Positions 1 through 10,449 of a DNA stretch of 64,000 nucleotides are shown here, one piece after another (positions within the stretch are counted from its first letter, which is position 1; every line of letters begins with the position of its first letter). The DNA lies in assembly GCA_965197745.1 (NCBI GenBank), contig CBDANS010000005.1:256001-320000 (forward strand), given 5' to 3'. The DNA is from Opitutales bacterium (lineage in GTDB: Bacteria > Verrucomicrobiota > Verrucomicrobiia > Opitutales > PNEW01). The position numbers and the translations under genes were made by a program. Below the pieces are notes generated by a model, which saw only the letters and a program-made list of their open reading frames with translations, was not told the origin of the DNA and ran no database searches.

Positions 1-379
1 TGTCTTTTCCCGCGTGAATACGATCGAGGAGCACCTGGTTCAAGTGATCGATAAGATCGATACGACTGCCTGTTTACGCTTTTTCTGTTTCACCCAACTC
101 CATAAGTATGGCTTTAAGAAGTTGAGTTTCACTGAGACGAGGATTCAAGATTAAGGCAGTCTCGTAGCGATTAGTATCTATATCATTTAATAATTTGCGG
201 CAGAGTGTGGTCTTACCACATCCCACTTCTCCGGTTAGGACTATAAATCCTTTCTTTTCCTCAATCCCATATTTCAAATGAGACAAAGCTTCCTGATGGG
301 TGTAGCTGAGGTAAAGAAATTTTGGGTCGGGACTGATATTAAAAGGCATCTCCCGTAAACCGTAATGACGCTGGTACAT
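1..379 (-). pseudogene. ExeA/GspA-family AAA ATPase, interrupted by in-frame TAA at 74-76 and running off the window edge
   Basis: N-terminus MYQRHYGLREMPFNISPDPKFLYLS and Walker A GEVGCGKT are typical of ExeA. The same frame continues after the TAA as TGSRIDLIDHLNQVLLDRIHAGKD, the ExeA segment that precedes Walker B. Confidence 0.8.
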
Positions 380-504
380 TATTTATTAATATAGTTTGGC
401 TATGTTTATAACAGAAAATGAGAGATTATAAAACAGCAATGTGCTTTTTTCTTTTCATAAGTCCGTTGAACTGTTAAAATGAATTTTGAAGGAACGGATT
501 AGCG

Positions 505-807
505 ATGAAAATAAATGGGTTACCTCGAATGTTTTTATTTCTGTTATCAGGGGTACTGTGTTTGGTCGTATTTTCTCTAGTTATGGTGCTTCTGCAAACG
601 TGGCGCGAATACGATCATTTTAAAGAACGTGAATACCAGTATGAACAGCGCCTGTTAAAAACTCAGACTGAATTTCAATCCAAAGAAGAATATTTTAATC
701 GTATTCTTAATGACCCGGAGTTTCTTGAACGCATCGTAAGAGAAAAACTCGGTTACACTCGTCCCGATGAGATGATATTCCGCTTTGAGGATTCCTCAAA
801 GCGCTGA
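505..807 (+). CDS. Septum formation initiator (FtsB/DivIC family)
   Basis: One N-terminal TM helix, a coiled coil and the C-terminal motif ERIVREKLGYTRPDEMIF. Confidence 0.8.
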   Translation: MKINGLPRMFLFLLSGVLCLVVFSLVMVLLQTWREYDHFKEREYQYEQRLLKTQTEFQSKEEYFNRILNDPEFLERIVREKLGYTRPDEMIFRFEDSSKR

Positions 808-1050
808 GCTTCACAGCGTTTAAGTCCTCGTCTGATCAACGATTTCTGTTTTAGTAATTGTTCTTCAATTTCAATCCAGGGATCGATTGTCAAGCATATC
901 TGAAATTTACCTGTTCAATAATGATCAAATATCCGATCTATATTGATTGAACATTCGATTTGTCTACGAATAGATTTCACCTTAATAGTCGTAGTCATTG
1001 TATTTTTTAAAAGAGGATACTTATCTGAATAGATAGGGAAATCTCGACCT

Positions 1051-3015
1051 ATGGATATCGTAAAAAAAATAAATTCCGCTCGTGATCAATCCAAGCTCTT
1101 TGAAGTTGCGGTTCAGAACATTGAAACCTGGCTCAACAGTAAATTTCTTCCAAGCTGGGTGTTAGCGAGTATTGAAGAGTTAGTGAAAAAAAAAGAATGG
1201 GGTGAACTTAACAACCGTTTTTATAAAAATTTGGAATTGGGGACTGGGGGTATGCGGGGGCGTACTATTGGAGAGATTGTCACTCGAGCAGAAAAAGGAG
1301 AGCCCTCCGAATTCGGTGCGCCTCAACATCCCGCGGTTGGATCGGCCGCTCTAAACGATTTTAATATAATCCGCGTTACTCTCGGACTCTATCGGTATTG
1401 CCGTATTTTTTTAAAAGAGAAATCCTCAAATAATGAATTACCGAGTATTGTAATCGCTCATGATGTTCGATACTTTTCGCGTCACTTTTGTGAGCTGGTC
1501 GCTTCAACATGGGTAGCACTCGGTGGTCGGGCAGAGATTTTTAATGGGCCGCGTTCAACGCCACAGTTGAGTTTTTCGGTGCGCTATCTCAAAGCTACAT
1601 GTGGCGTTGTTGTTACCGCCAGTCATAATCCGCCCCATGATAATGGTTATAAAATATATTTTGAAGATGGAGCGCAAGTGGTTACACCTCACGCTGATGG
1701 GATTATTAATTTTTTCAATGACGTTAAACTGGATGAAATCTCGACTTATCCGGATAAAAATATGGAGCGTGTAGTCACCCTGCCAGACTCTCTGGATCAT
1801 GACTATCTGGATGCATTAGAAGAAAATGTAATCGATCGGGACCTCCTGGAAAATAATAGGCCCAAAGTAGTCTTCACTCCTATCCATGGAACGGGAAGCG
1901 TCATTTCTTTTCCCCTGATGAAGCGGTACGGAATCGAAGTTATTTCGATTGAAGAACAAAATAAGTTGGATCCTCGCTTTCCCACGGTAAAATCACCCAA
2001 TCCGGAAAATCCGGAGGCGCTCAGGCTGGCAATGGAGAAGGCTGTAGAAGCAGGGGCCGAGTTAGTTTTAGCTACTGATCCGGATGCTGATAGAATGGGC
2101 GTGGCTGTAGCTCAGAGCGAGGGAGAAATGGTGCTGCTCAGTGGAAATATAATTGGAGCATTGCTCGCGGACTACCGTATCACGAAATTAAAGGAGATGG
2201 GACTGATTCCTGGAAATGGCAGCAATCAGGCAGCCCTTATAAAAACTTTTGTTACTACACCTTTCCAAGAGGCGATAGCTGTAAGTCACGGTTTAAAAGT
2301 GATCAATACGCTCACTGGATTCAAATGGATAGGGGAGAAGTTGAAGTTTTACGAAGATCAACTGGTAGAAAATATTCATGAGACTGAAAGTGTTTCTCTG
2401 GATTACAATTCCCTCACATATCACAAACGGGCCGAACTTCTTTTGCGTTACAGTACTTTTTATATATTCGGCGGCGAAGAAAGCTATGGTTTTCTTGGGA
2501 CTGATGGTGTTCGGGATAAGGATGCGAATGCGGCGGCCATAATGTTCTGCGAATTAGCCGCTGCTATAAAAAAAGAGGGCATAAGTATCGTTGAACATCT
2601 AGATAGGCTCTATATTAAATACGGATACTATCTCGAAGACTTGCTTAACATATATTATGAAGGCGCAAGCGGTGCCGCTCGAATACAAAGAATTCTAAAT
2701 TCTTATCGTTCTGATCCACTTAAAAATATAGAAGGATATGAGGTCGTTAAGTTTACAGATTTCGGGAGGCAACACATAGAAGATGCCGATGGCAAAGTAA
2801 TTCCCAAGCAGGATTTTTATATGTTTGAGCTGGATAATGGTTACTCTTACGCCGTGAGGGGTAGCGGTACCGAGCCCAAGATAAAGTTTTACCTCTTTGC
2901 TAAAGAAGAGGTGGAAGAACCTGGAAAACTTGATGAAATTAAGAAGAGAGCTGCCAGCAGCCTAATAAAAATAAAGCGAGCCATCGAGAAAGACGCTCAT
3001 CTCCGTGCCGGTTAA
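1051..3015 (+). CDS. Phosphoglucomutase/phosphomannomutase (alpha-D-phosphohexomutase)
   Basis: Catalytic TASHNP, metal-binding DPDADR, sugar-binding GGEES and C-terminal RGSGTEPKIK motifs. Confidence 0.93.
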   Translation: MDIVKKINSARDQSKLFEVAVQNIETWLNSKFLPSWVLASIEELVKKKEWGELNNRFYKNLELGTGGMRGRTIGEIVTRAEKGEPSEFGAPQHPAVGSAALNDFNIIRVTLGLYRYCRIFLKEKSSNNELPSIVIAHDVRYFSRHFCELVASTWVALGGRAEIFNGPRSTPQLSFSVRYLKATCGVVVTASHNPPHDNGYKIYFEDGAQVVTPHADGIINFFNDVKLDEISTYPDKNMERVVTLPDSLDHDYLDALEENVIDRDLLENNRPKVVFTPIHGTGSVISFPLMKRYGIEVISIEEQNKLDPRFPTVKSPNPENPEALRLAMEKAVEAGAELVLATDPDADRMGVAVAQSEGEMVLLSGNIIGALLADYRITKLKEMGLIPGNGSNQAALIKTFVTTPFQEAIAVSHGLKVINTLTGFKWIGEKLKFYEDQLVENIHETESVSLDYNSLTYHKRAELLLRYSTFYIFGGEESYGFLGTDGVRDKDANAAAIMFCELAAAIKKEGISIVEHLDRLYIKYGYYLEDLLNIYYEGASGAARIQRILNSYRSDPLKNIEGYEVVKFTDFGRQHIEDADGKVIPKQDFYMFELDNGYSYAVRGSGTEPKIKFYLFAKEEVEEPGKLDEIKKRAASSLIKIKRAIEKDAHLRAG

Positions 3016-3081
3016 GCAGTCGGTTCTCTGGGAAGAGAAGGGCAAAGTCAGAGAGGGGGCAGAATCACAAGCGGCCAAATT

Positions 3082-4344
3082 TTATACCGTCAAAGTATTG
3101 CTGACTTGAAAAACGCTAAATATAATACTTAAAGCGATGATAGTAACGAGAAGAAAGGCAAAGATAAGTGCTCCCGTAGAGATCACCGCGGTTAGAATTT
3201 GCAAATACCGGGTCAGCTCTCTCCGGTAGATCTTTGTAATTTCGCGAAGACTGTTAACTAAATTCCCGGTATTTTCTCCAACCGCTAAAATGTCCAATGC
3301 GATATCAGGCATAAAATCTGTATGCTGAAAAGCTGAAGCCACGGATGCGCCTTCCTGGATCTGCTGACGGCTTTCACTAAATTTGGCTCTGAGCTGTGTA
3401 TTGGAAAATGATTTTTCAGAAAGGCGCAGGGTTTCCGTGGTATTGATTCCGCTCTCTATGAGGGTCGCCATCAGACTGGAAGACTGGAATATTTCAGAAT
3501 AGTAGAAAATAGTACCAATAAAAGGAATGCGGAGAAGCCAGTAATCGGTTTTTTTACGACCTATCGGTTTTTTTCTCCACTGCAGAATAACTACCGCTAA
3601 TAGAGCGGTAAAAAATACAACAAAAGGACCTGCTTTTAAGGTTAAATCTGCGCCATTGATAAGAATTTTTGCAAACAACTGTAATTCCCCCCCCAAAGTT
3701 TCAAGCATGGTTCGGATTTTAGGGAGAAGGAAAAAAAGAAAAAAAGCGACGACCGCGATGGCGATAATGCAAATAAACACAGGATATGCCAAACTGTTTA
3801 GAATACGACGGCGCAGTTCAGCTATTTCCTCCATTTGTTCGACGATCTTTTTAAGGATAGGCGTTAGATTACCGGTTGCCTCTCCCGCTTCCACGAGATG
3901 GATACTGGACTCACTGAAAATGTCTGGCATCTCAGCCATTGATTTTGAAAGGGTATAACCTTCGCTGAGATTTCTCCAAATTTTTTCGCAAAGAACTTTG
4001 ATATTCGGATCACTCAAGCGTTGCCCCAAAAGACGAACCGCGTCGCCAAGAGGCATGCCGCTGGCAAGCAGTTCCATCAATTTTTGCATAAAATTCAAAG
4101 ATAATTTCTGCTTTGAATAAAACCTGAATGACGGACGTATAAACTTCAGGATGCGACCTCGAAATAATGAGCTACTTGAATGCGAGAGATCTTTTTTGGC
4201 CGCCTGATCGAGAAGTGTAATCGCGATCGGTTTAATATCCTGGGATGTTAATTTTTGTATGACTTGCCTGCGGTCGACAGCATCAATATCGCCCGTAATA
4301 GTTTCACCGGCAGGAGCAATAGCTCTGTAATAAAAGGTTGGCAT
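3082..4344 (-). CDS. gspF: Type II secretion inner-membrane platform protein F
   Basis: MPTFYYRA start, LLASGMPL, AGEATGNL, LAYP plus TM segment, VGENTGNL; follows gspE. Confidence 0.9.
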   Translation of the reverse strand: MPTFYYRAIAPAGETITGDIDAVDRRQVIQKLTSQDIKPIAITLLDQAAKKDLSHSSSSLFRGRILKFIRPSFRFYSKQKLSLNFMQKLMELLASGMPLGDAVRLLGQRLSDPNIKVLCEKIWRNLSEGYTLSKSMAEMPDIFSESSIHLVEAGEATGNLTPILKKIVEQMEEIAELRRRILNSLAYPVFICIIAIAVVAFFLFFLLPKIRTMLETLGGELQLFAKILINGADLTLKAGPFVVFFTALLAVVILQWRKKPIGRKKTDYWLLRIPFIGTIFYYSEIFQSSSLMATLIESGINTTETLRLSEKSFSNTQLRAKFSESRQQIQEGASVASAFQHTDFMPDIALDILAVGENTGNLVNSLREITKIYRRELTRYLQILTAVISTGALIFAFLLVTIIALSIIFSVFQVSNTLTV

Positions 4345-4385
4345 TAATTTGAATAGATAATGAAGAATCCAGGATTAAGATATCT

Positions 4386-6071
4386 TCATTCATCACCGAG
4401 TTTTGACACTCTCATGATCTCGTGAAGAGAGGTATTCCCCTGTTTAACCTGGTCCCAGCCAGCTTGCTGTAAGGTAATCATACCCGATTTTAATGCTTGC
4501 TGACGAATATGTCTCGAAGTCTGTTTCTGGATGATCATTTCGTGTATTTCATCATTAACTCGCAGATTTTCGAAGATGCCAATTCTCCCTCGATACCCTA
4601 GGTTATGACAGATCTCACAACCCAGCGGTTCGTAAATTGTTGCCGATAAATCTTCAGGAGTGGGTTGAATTTGCAAGGTCTGTAAGCAACTCTCCAGATA
4701 TCCTCGTTCAAGTATTTCAGGCTTTTTGCATTGCTCGCATAGACGCCTTATAAGTCTTTGAGCTATAATGAGTTCTACTGACGAGGCAATCAAGAAGGGT
4801 TCGATCTCCATATCGATTAGACGGGTCAGAGCGCCTGATGCATCGTTAGTATGTAAGGTGCTGAAGACAAGGTGGCCGGTAAGTGCAGCGCGAATGGCGA
4901 TTTCTGCCGTTTCGCGGTCTCGAATCTCCCCGACCATAATGATATCGGGATCCTGGCGAAGGACATGTCTGAGAGCACCAGCGAAATTAAGGCCAATTTC
5001 AGGGCGCACTTGTATCTGATTAACACCGGCCACTTCATACTCTACGGGATCTTCGATCGTGATAATACGATTTTCGGGCTTATTAATATCCCGAATAAAT
5101 GCCGTCAGTGATGTCGACTTGCCGGCACCGGTAGGACCTGTGACTAGAATTATGCCATGGGGCAAATCGAGAACTTTCTTGATAACATTCTGCCCTTCAG
5201 CCGAAAGGCCCAAATCTTGAAAGCCCAAGGGTTGATTTTTCTGATTAAGCAACCTGAGGCTTACACTTTCCCCGTACATCGTGGGCATAGTCGAAATTCG
5301 AATATCCAGTTCATTGTCGTCCGCTCTGTAATTTATGCGTCCATCCTGAGGGCGGCGTTTCTCAGAGATATTAAGTTTTGCCATAATTTTAAGACGAGAA
5401 ATGATTGCCCCTTGAAAATTGATGAGATTATCAGGCATGCGAATGGCAATAAGTTCTCCATCAATCCGATAACGAATTTGCAGTGATTCCTTAAGCGGTT
5501 CGACATGAATATCCGTTGCGCGATCTTCCACCGCAGTACGAATAATATCATTCACGAAACGAATAATTGCCGCATTCTCATCTTCATTTTCTTCTATTTC
5601 GCGTCCGCTGTTATCACTTTCATTTAAGCCGGTATCACTTAAGCTGCTTGAGCCAACGCCGAAATTCTGGGTGATGGTATTTGTGACTGTTTTGGCCAGG
5701 CCAAGATACCATTGGGGGCGTTTTCCGCAGACCGCGAAAATCCAATCATCCATTGCGTGGTCAGGGGGCCAAAGAGTAATTAGGTTTAATTCTTCATCAT
5801 TGCGACCAATAAATGGTAAGCATTGGTATTCATGAATGAGTCGTAGGGGTATTAATTTTGTCGCCTCCGGGTGAGGATCAAAATCATCAATTACTTCAAG
5901 ATTACAGAGGTTACCGATATGGTTTATTAACTGGCTTTCAGTCTGACCCATATATTGAGATAATAGAGGTAGCCGGTTCTGGCGTGGAGATTCCTCGAGT
6001 AAAGTCAACTGGTCCGGTTCCAGTTTTACGGTAAAATCTTCAAGCGGATTCTTATTTAAATGAGCGATCAT
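4386..6071 (-). CDS. gspE: Type II secretion ATPase E
   Basis: Walker A GPTGAGKS, TIEDPVEY, LRQDPDIIMVGEIRD, STLHTN and two CxxC motifs. Confidence 0.95.
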   Translation of the reverse strand: MIAHLNKNPLEDFTVKLEPDQLTLLEESPRQNRLPLLSQYMGQTESQLINHIGNLCNLEVIDDFDPHPEATKLIPLRLIHEYQCLPFIGRNDEELNLITLWPPDHAMDDWIFAVCGKRPQWYLGLAKTVTNTITQNFGVGSSSLSDTGLNESDNSGREIEENEDENAAIIRFVNDIIRTAVEDRATDIHVEPLKESLQIRYRIDGELIAIRMPDNLINFQGAIISRLKIMAKLNISEKRRPQDGRINYRADDNELDIRISTMPTMYGESVSLRLLNQKNQPLGFQDLGLSAEGQNVIKKVLDLPHGIILVTGPTGAGKSTSLTAFIRDINKPENRIITIEDPVEYEVAGVNQIQVRPEIGLNFAGALRHVLRQDPDIIMVGEIRDRETAEIAIRAALTGHLVFSTLHTNDASGALTRLIDMEIEPFLIASSVELIIAQRLIRRLCEQCKKPEILERGYLESCLQTLQIQPTPEDLSATIYEPLGCEICHNLGYRGRIGIFENLRVNDEIHEMIIQKQTSRHIRQQALKSGMITLQQAGWDQVKQGNTSLHEIMRVSKLGDE

Positions 6072-6083
6072 CAGTAATAAAAA

Positions 6084-6635
6084 TTATTTTTGCTTTTTGG
6101 TGATTACACGCCTGCGTAAAGGTGTACTTCTATTCGTTATGGCTTTCTTTTCCTGTCTCAAGGCGGCGTTATTGACAACAGAACCTGCGGCATTTCTCTG
6201 TTGATCAGTAATCACCGGTAATGTCTCCCCCGAGGGCCTGATGCGCGTTAATTTCTCGGTTTGGCCCTTATACTCTATCTCAATTAAGTCATTATTTTTT
6301 TCAAAACGTAAAACCCGATAGGGTGCATTGGGCTCTCGAAGTTTAACCCAATCTCCTCGCTTATCTATGGTATTATAAATATTGAAGTAATACTGATTGG
6401 ATAGGGAAAAAACCCCCCGAAATTCAAGTTTCCGTGACAAAGGTATATTTGAAGCTCCACGCAGATTATGAATATTGGGCGCGTAGCGGGTAAAATCAGC
6501 AGGCACAAATGGGGAGTTTTCAATCAAATCGCTCGCATGAAGAAGGTCAGATGGGCACATGGTTAGCAGTACCCCCACGGAAAAGCATGCCGTGGTATAT
6601 ATTTTTGATACTAATATTGTCACATAATCTTTCAT
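6084..6635 (-). CDS. Hypothetical T2SS protein, possibly GspC-like (HR domain)
   Basis: N-terminal hydrophobic segment, SPF motif and LEFRGV beta strand; lies between gspD and gspE and overlaps the gspD stop. Confidence 0.5.
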   Translation of the reverse strand: MKDYVTILVSKIYTTACFSVGVLLTMCPSDLLHASDLIENSPFVPADFTRYAPNIHNLRGASNIPLSRKLEFRGVFSLSNQYYFNIYNTIDKRGDWVKLREPNAPYRVLRFEKNNDLIEIEYKGQTEKLTRIRPSGETLPVITDQQRNAAGSVVNNAALRQEKKAITNRSTPLRRRVITKKQK

Positions 6636-8611
6636 TATTTTCTTCCATCCTCGGGATTGTTATTTCCGATTTTACCGGTGTCTAAGTATCCCTCAATTTC
6701 TACATTTTTCGAAAGACGGTTTAATTGTTCTACTGCATCTCGATTGGCTTCATCTGTGGTCAATAATACTTCTGGTCTGATGAACATAAGCAGTTCTCGT
6801 TTCACTTGTTCATCTGCTTTGGACCGGAATAGCTTTCCAATGAGGGGGATTTCACCCAGGAATGCCATGCGTCCTCGAATTTCGGTGTTATCTAGTTGCT
6901 GTAGTCCGCCTAAAACGACCAACTCCTGATCCGCTACACTGATAAATGATTTTGCCTGTCGCTTTCCAATAATCGGTTGATCATTTCCGTCTATCGTTAC
7001 CGTATCCACTACGCTTTCAACTTTCTGATCAATTTCCATTTGGATAATACCGTTGGGCCCGATAAGTGGCTTTACTATTAATTCGATTCCAATATCGCGA
7101 AACTGGACATTGCTGCGAATTGAAGTACCCAAAGTGCTGTCTGACTGGGTAGCTGTGATGACAGGGCGGGATTGGGCGACGTTTATTGTTGCTTCCTGGT
7201 TATGGGTTGTGACCAGTGTAGGTGCAGATAAGATTTTAACTTCTGTATTTCGCCGCGCCGTGTTTAATATAGTTTCAATGGAAAAGTTTTTTAACGAACC
7301 ACTGACTGAATAAGCCTGAGGCAGTCTTGTCGTCCCCGGACCCTGGACACCGAAATTTATTTCATCTAAACCCGCCAGGTTGAAATCAATATTGAAGGCG
7401 TCAATGCCCCGCACATAATCATTGCTCAAGGTCACTTCAGCTATCACTACTTCAATGCGGACCTGCGCTAAGAGCGTATCAATTTTATCTACAATATCGC
7501 GTAAATATACGAGGTCATTAGGAGTCCCAGAAGCGACAATAGAGTTGCTGCGAGGGTCAGCAACGATCGTAAGAAAGTCACTGAATTGAAGATTTTTTGT
7601 ATTAATTTTCGAAAGAATATCAGCACGAGTGGATGCGCCTGTTTGCCCGGCTCTTTGCCCTCTCGTTGTTCCACGATCACTGCGTTCATCTCTTGACCGC
7701 TGCTGTCCGGTGAGGACCTGCTCAATGAGATCGGTAACCTCAGTGGCATCAGCGTGTTTGAGAGCCAGTATCTCAGTTTGGGTGATCGGAGCGACATCGA
7801 CATCAAACTTGGAAATGAGGTCGTCGATTAGATTCTTATTACTTGGGTGGGTAAAAATAACCAGTTGATTGCTGCGTTCGATAGCCTCGAATGTTGTATT
7901 ATTTTCCAGATGGCGTTTCAGGCTGCCCGTTTGCATGGACTGAAGACGTTTCACGACATCAGTAGCTGATGCGTGCTTTAATGTAAAAAATAGAATTTCA
8001 ACTTTCAACTCCGAGGGTTGGTCCACCTTCGACAGCACATTTTCAATACGCTGGAGGTTGATTAAAGGATCAGTGACAAGAAGGGCGTTTGATTTAGGGA
8101 AGGCGATTGGTGCGCCTTGCGTAAGCAATGGTTGAATAACGGGGACAACCTCTTCCGTAGTCAAATAACTCAGATAAAAGAATTTTGAAAAAATTTTCTG
8201 GCTCGGAGTGCTGTCAAGCGTAGTTTCCTTAATCATGCTGGGTGCCTGAGTAGCGACAATATTTGAGGGGACAGCCTTAAGGAATTTGTCACCAATTTCA
8301 GTAATGGCGATACCGTTTAGACTGAGAAGACTTTCCATGGCGAGGATGGCGTCAGCTTTTGTCATCGCACTTTGACTGCTGAAATTAATCTGTAATTTAG
8401 GCAGATTCTGCTGCCTTAAAACCGATTTCCCGGTAAAGCGTTCCAGCATGTCGAGGACTTCATTCGCGCCCATATCGCTAATACGAATTATACCCACCGA
8501 TTCCAATTCCTCGGGAGGCAAAGAATCTTGTTCCTGTGCTGAAATAGACAACACAGGCAAACAAGAAGTTACCAAAGTAAGCAGTAAGATATTAGGTTTA
8601 AGGGTCATCAT
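6635..8611 (-). CDS. gspD: Type II secretion secretin D
   Basis: Signal peptide, repeated LKHA N-domains, QVRIEVVIAEV, ILSAPTLVT and C-terminal FLGEIPLIGKLF...ELLMFIRP. Confidence 0.93.
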   Translation of the reverse strand: MMTLKPNILLLTLVTSCLPVLSISAQEQDSLPPEELESVGIIRISDMGANEVLDMLERFTGKSVLRQQNLPKLQINFSSQSAMTKADAILAMESLLSLNGIAITEIGDKFLKAVPSNIVATQAPSMIKETTLDSTPSQKIFSKFFYLSYLTTEEVVPVIQPLLTQGAPIAFPKSNALLVTDPLINLQRIENVLSKVDQPSELKVEILFFTLKHASATDVVKRLQSMQTGSLKRHLENNTTFEAIERSNQLVIFTHPSNKNLIDDLISKFDVDVAPITQTEILALKHADATEVTDLIEQVLTGQQRSRDERSDRGTTRGQRAGQTGASTRADILSKINTKNLQFSDFLTIVADPRSNSIVASGTPNDLVYLRDIVDKIDTLLAQVRIEVVIAEVTLSNDYVRGIDAFNIDFNLAGLDEINFGVQGPGTTRLPQAYSVSGSLKNFSIETILNTARRNTEVKILSAPTLVTTHNQEATINVAQSRPVITATQSDSTLGTSIRSNVQFRDIGIELIVKPLIGPNGIIQMEIDQKVESVVDTVTIDGNDQPIIGKRQAKSFISVADQELVVLGGLQQLDNTEIRGRMAFLGEIPLIGKLFRSKADEQVKRELLMFIRPEVLLTTDEANRDAVEQLNRLSKNVEIEGYLDTGKIGNNNPEDGRK

Positions 8612-8633
8612 ACCTTAAACAGGTGTTATTACA

Positions 8634-9167
8634 CTAGAAGGATTTATTTTTCAGCTCAAAGGAAGAGACGAGAAATTGTGCATCAAGCATACTCGGGTTA
8701 GCTTTGTTTGATACGATACGCATCCTTTCTAATCCGAGATAGGGGGATTCTTCTTTAATTTTTCGATCAAACTCGATGAGGTCTTCAATACCACCCTGTT
8801 TAAATTGAATGCGCACGGTATGAGCGTTAAAAATATCGCCTTCTTGTGTCGAAGGAGAGTTGATATCAAAATTCAGGCCTTCATTTCGCGCGATGTTGTC
8901 CAGTTTTTCCACTAATCGTGAGCTGGAATATGTTTTCTGGGGATCGAGACGTTCGAGAGCGCGTGATAATTGTGTTTCAATCGTGTCTTTTTCTTTAATT
9001 ATTTGCGCCTGATATTTTAATTTATAACCGGTCTTTTGGAAGTTTCCGAAAAGGATTTTAAAATCATTTATCAGACTACCCACCCAGACAAAAGCAATAA
9101 TCCATAGAAACACGGTTAATAGCGTGCGTTCTCTAAGAGACATCCTGTTATATAATTTTTTAAACAT
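8634..9167 (-). CDS. GspM/PilO-like T2SS protein
   Basis: MSLRERTLL followed by a TM helix, coiled coil and a ferredoxin-like C-terminus; sits after the GspL-like gene. Confidence 0.7.
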   Translation of the reverse strand: MFKKLYNRMSLRERTLLTVFLWIIAFVWVGSLINDFKILFGNFQKTGYKLKYQAQIIKEKDTIETQLSRALERLDPQKTYSSSRLVEKLDNIARNEGLNFDINSPSTQEGDIFNAHTVRIQFKQGGIEDLIEFDRKIKEESPYLGLERMRIVSNKANPSMLDAQFLVSSFELKNKSF

Positions 9168-9185
9168 GGATAAGATGCAGTCTGT

Positions 9186-10406
9186 TTATGGTATCAGCTG
9201 TGCGTCAGCTACGATTTTATCTGAATTAAAGGGCGAAGTATTAAAAGTGACGATCAGTGAGAAAGGGGCCTTGCCGCTCCGGGAAACTATTTTTTCAATT
9301 TTAGCATCAGAAATATGAGGCAGAGTGCGTAATTGCTCGATATAGCGGTTAACGATCTCAACATTACTGGCTTCACCATCGACATGGATCTTATTGTAAC
9401 CATCGGCAACAGCCTGGGTAAAATATATCGATTTCGGTCTTTTTAAATTCAATGCCGCGAGCATTTCAAATGGTTTAAGTTCATTTTGTGCTATTTGTTC
9501 GATGCGCAGGAGAAGGTTATTTTTCTGCTCAATAATCGCAACTGAGCCATCCCTTTCTTCGATTGCATTCTCCCTGAAGTTGATCCAGAGATTCGCGGTT
9601 ATAAACAGAATTTGTAAAAGCAAAAATAGTGCAGCGGCAATACCCACAGCCAGCGTCGAGTGCCATACGCGGCGAGAAAAACTACGCTTTTTGCGCTCTT
9701 TCTGTTTGAATGGAATTTCACGTATATCAGCCTCCCATAATCTATTTTCACTTACAGTATAAGGAGTGGTCGCATTGTCTCCTAATTCGGCATTCTCTTT
9801 TTGTGGCAGAATGCGATGTTCGAATTGGACTTCATTATCAGAATCTACAAAGGTGCCAGTGACCACATTTATAAAGCTTTCAATGTGATAGTTTAAATCC
9901 CCCAAAGAGGATATGAGCATCTGCCTCGTTTCAAAGAGGGCATCTTCTGAAATGTTATTTTCCGGTAATTGAAGCGTTGTGATTCTGACTGGTAAAGTGC
10001 TTTGGGGATTGAACACTAATGCAGAAAGTGAATTCTCATGAGATAAGAATATAATGGTCGGGTCCGCATAAGACTTGTCACATGCGCTGATAAAACCAGG
10101 TAAGACATGATAATACCTCTCTAACTCTTCGATTTTTAAATTCTCCAGCCTTTGTCGATAAGCAGCATAAATTAATATTGTGGGTGATTTCTCATCATGC
10201 AAATAACCCCACGACAATTGCTCCAAGGGGAAGGGTGAAAGTCCCTCGAGTGATAATTCGACAAACTGTTCGATTTCGCTCTCACTAATTCCGGAAGGCA
10301 ACGCTACTGAATGACAGTAAAAAACCTCCCCCGGAACAAGTAATATTTCCCGTTCAGAAGGGTCGTTTCCCAGCTTCAATTCGAGATTATGTAATACGCT
10401 AATCAT
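9186..10406 (-). CDS. GspL/PilN-like T2SS protein
   Basis: Cytoplasmic domain (LEGLSPFPLEQL), one TM helix and a PilN-like periplasmic domain (IHVDGEA); lies between gspK and the gspM-like gene. Confidence 0.65.
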   Translation of the reverse strand: MISVLHNLELKLGNDPSEREILLVPGEVFYCHSVALPSGISESEIEQFVELSLEGLSPFPLEQLSWGYLHDEKSPTILIYAAYRQRLENLKIEELERYYHVLPGFISACDKSYADPTIIFLSHENSLSALVFNPQSTLPVRITTLQLPENNISEDALFETRQMLISSLGDLNYHIESFINVVTGTFVDSDNEVQFEHRILPQKENAELGDNATTPYTVSENRLWEADIREIPFKQKERKKRSFSRRVWHSTLAVGIAAALFLLLQILFITANLWINFRENAIEERDGSVAIIEQKNNLLLRIEQIAQNELKPFEMLAALNLKRPKSIYFTQAVADGYNKIHVDGEASNVEIVNRYIEQLRTLPHISDAKIEKIVSRSGKAPFSLIVTFNTSPFNSDKIVADAQLIP

Positions 10407-10449
10407 TACAGAAGAGTAATTAATACACTTTTTAGGGTTAGGATGTCGA

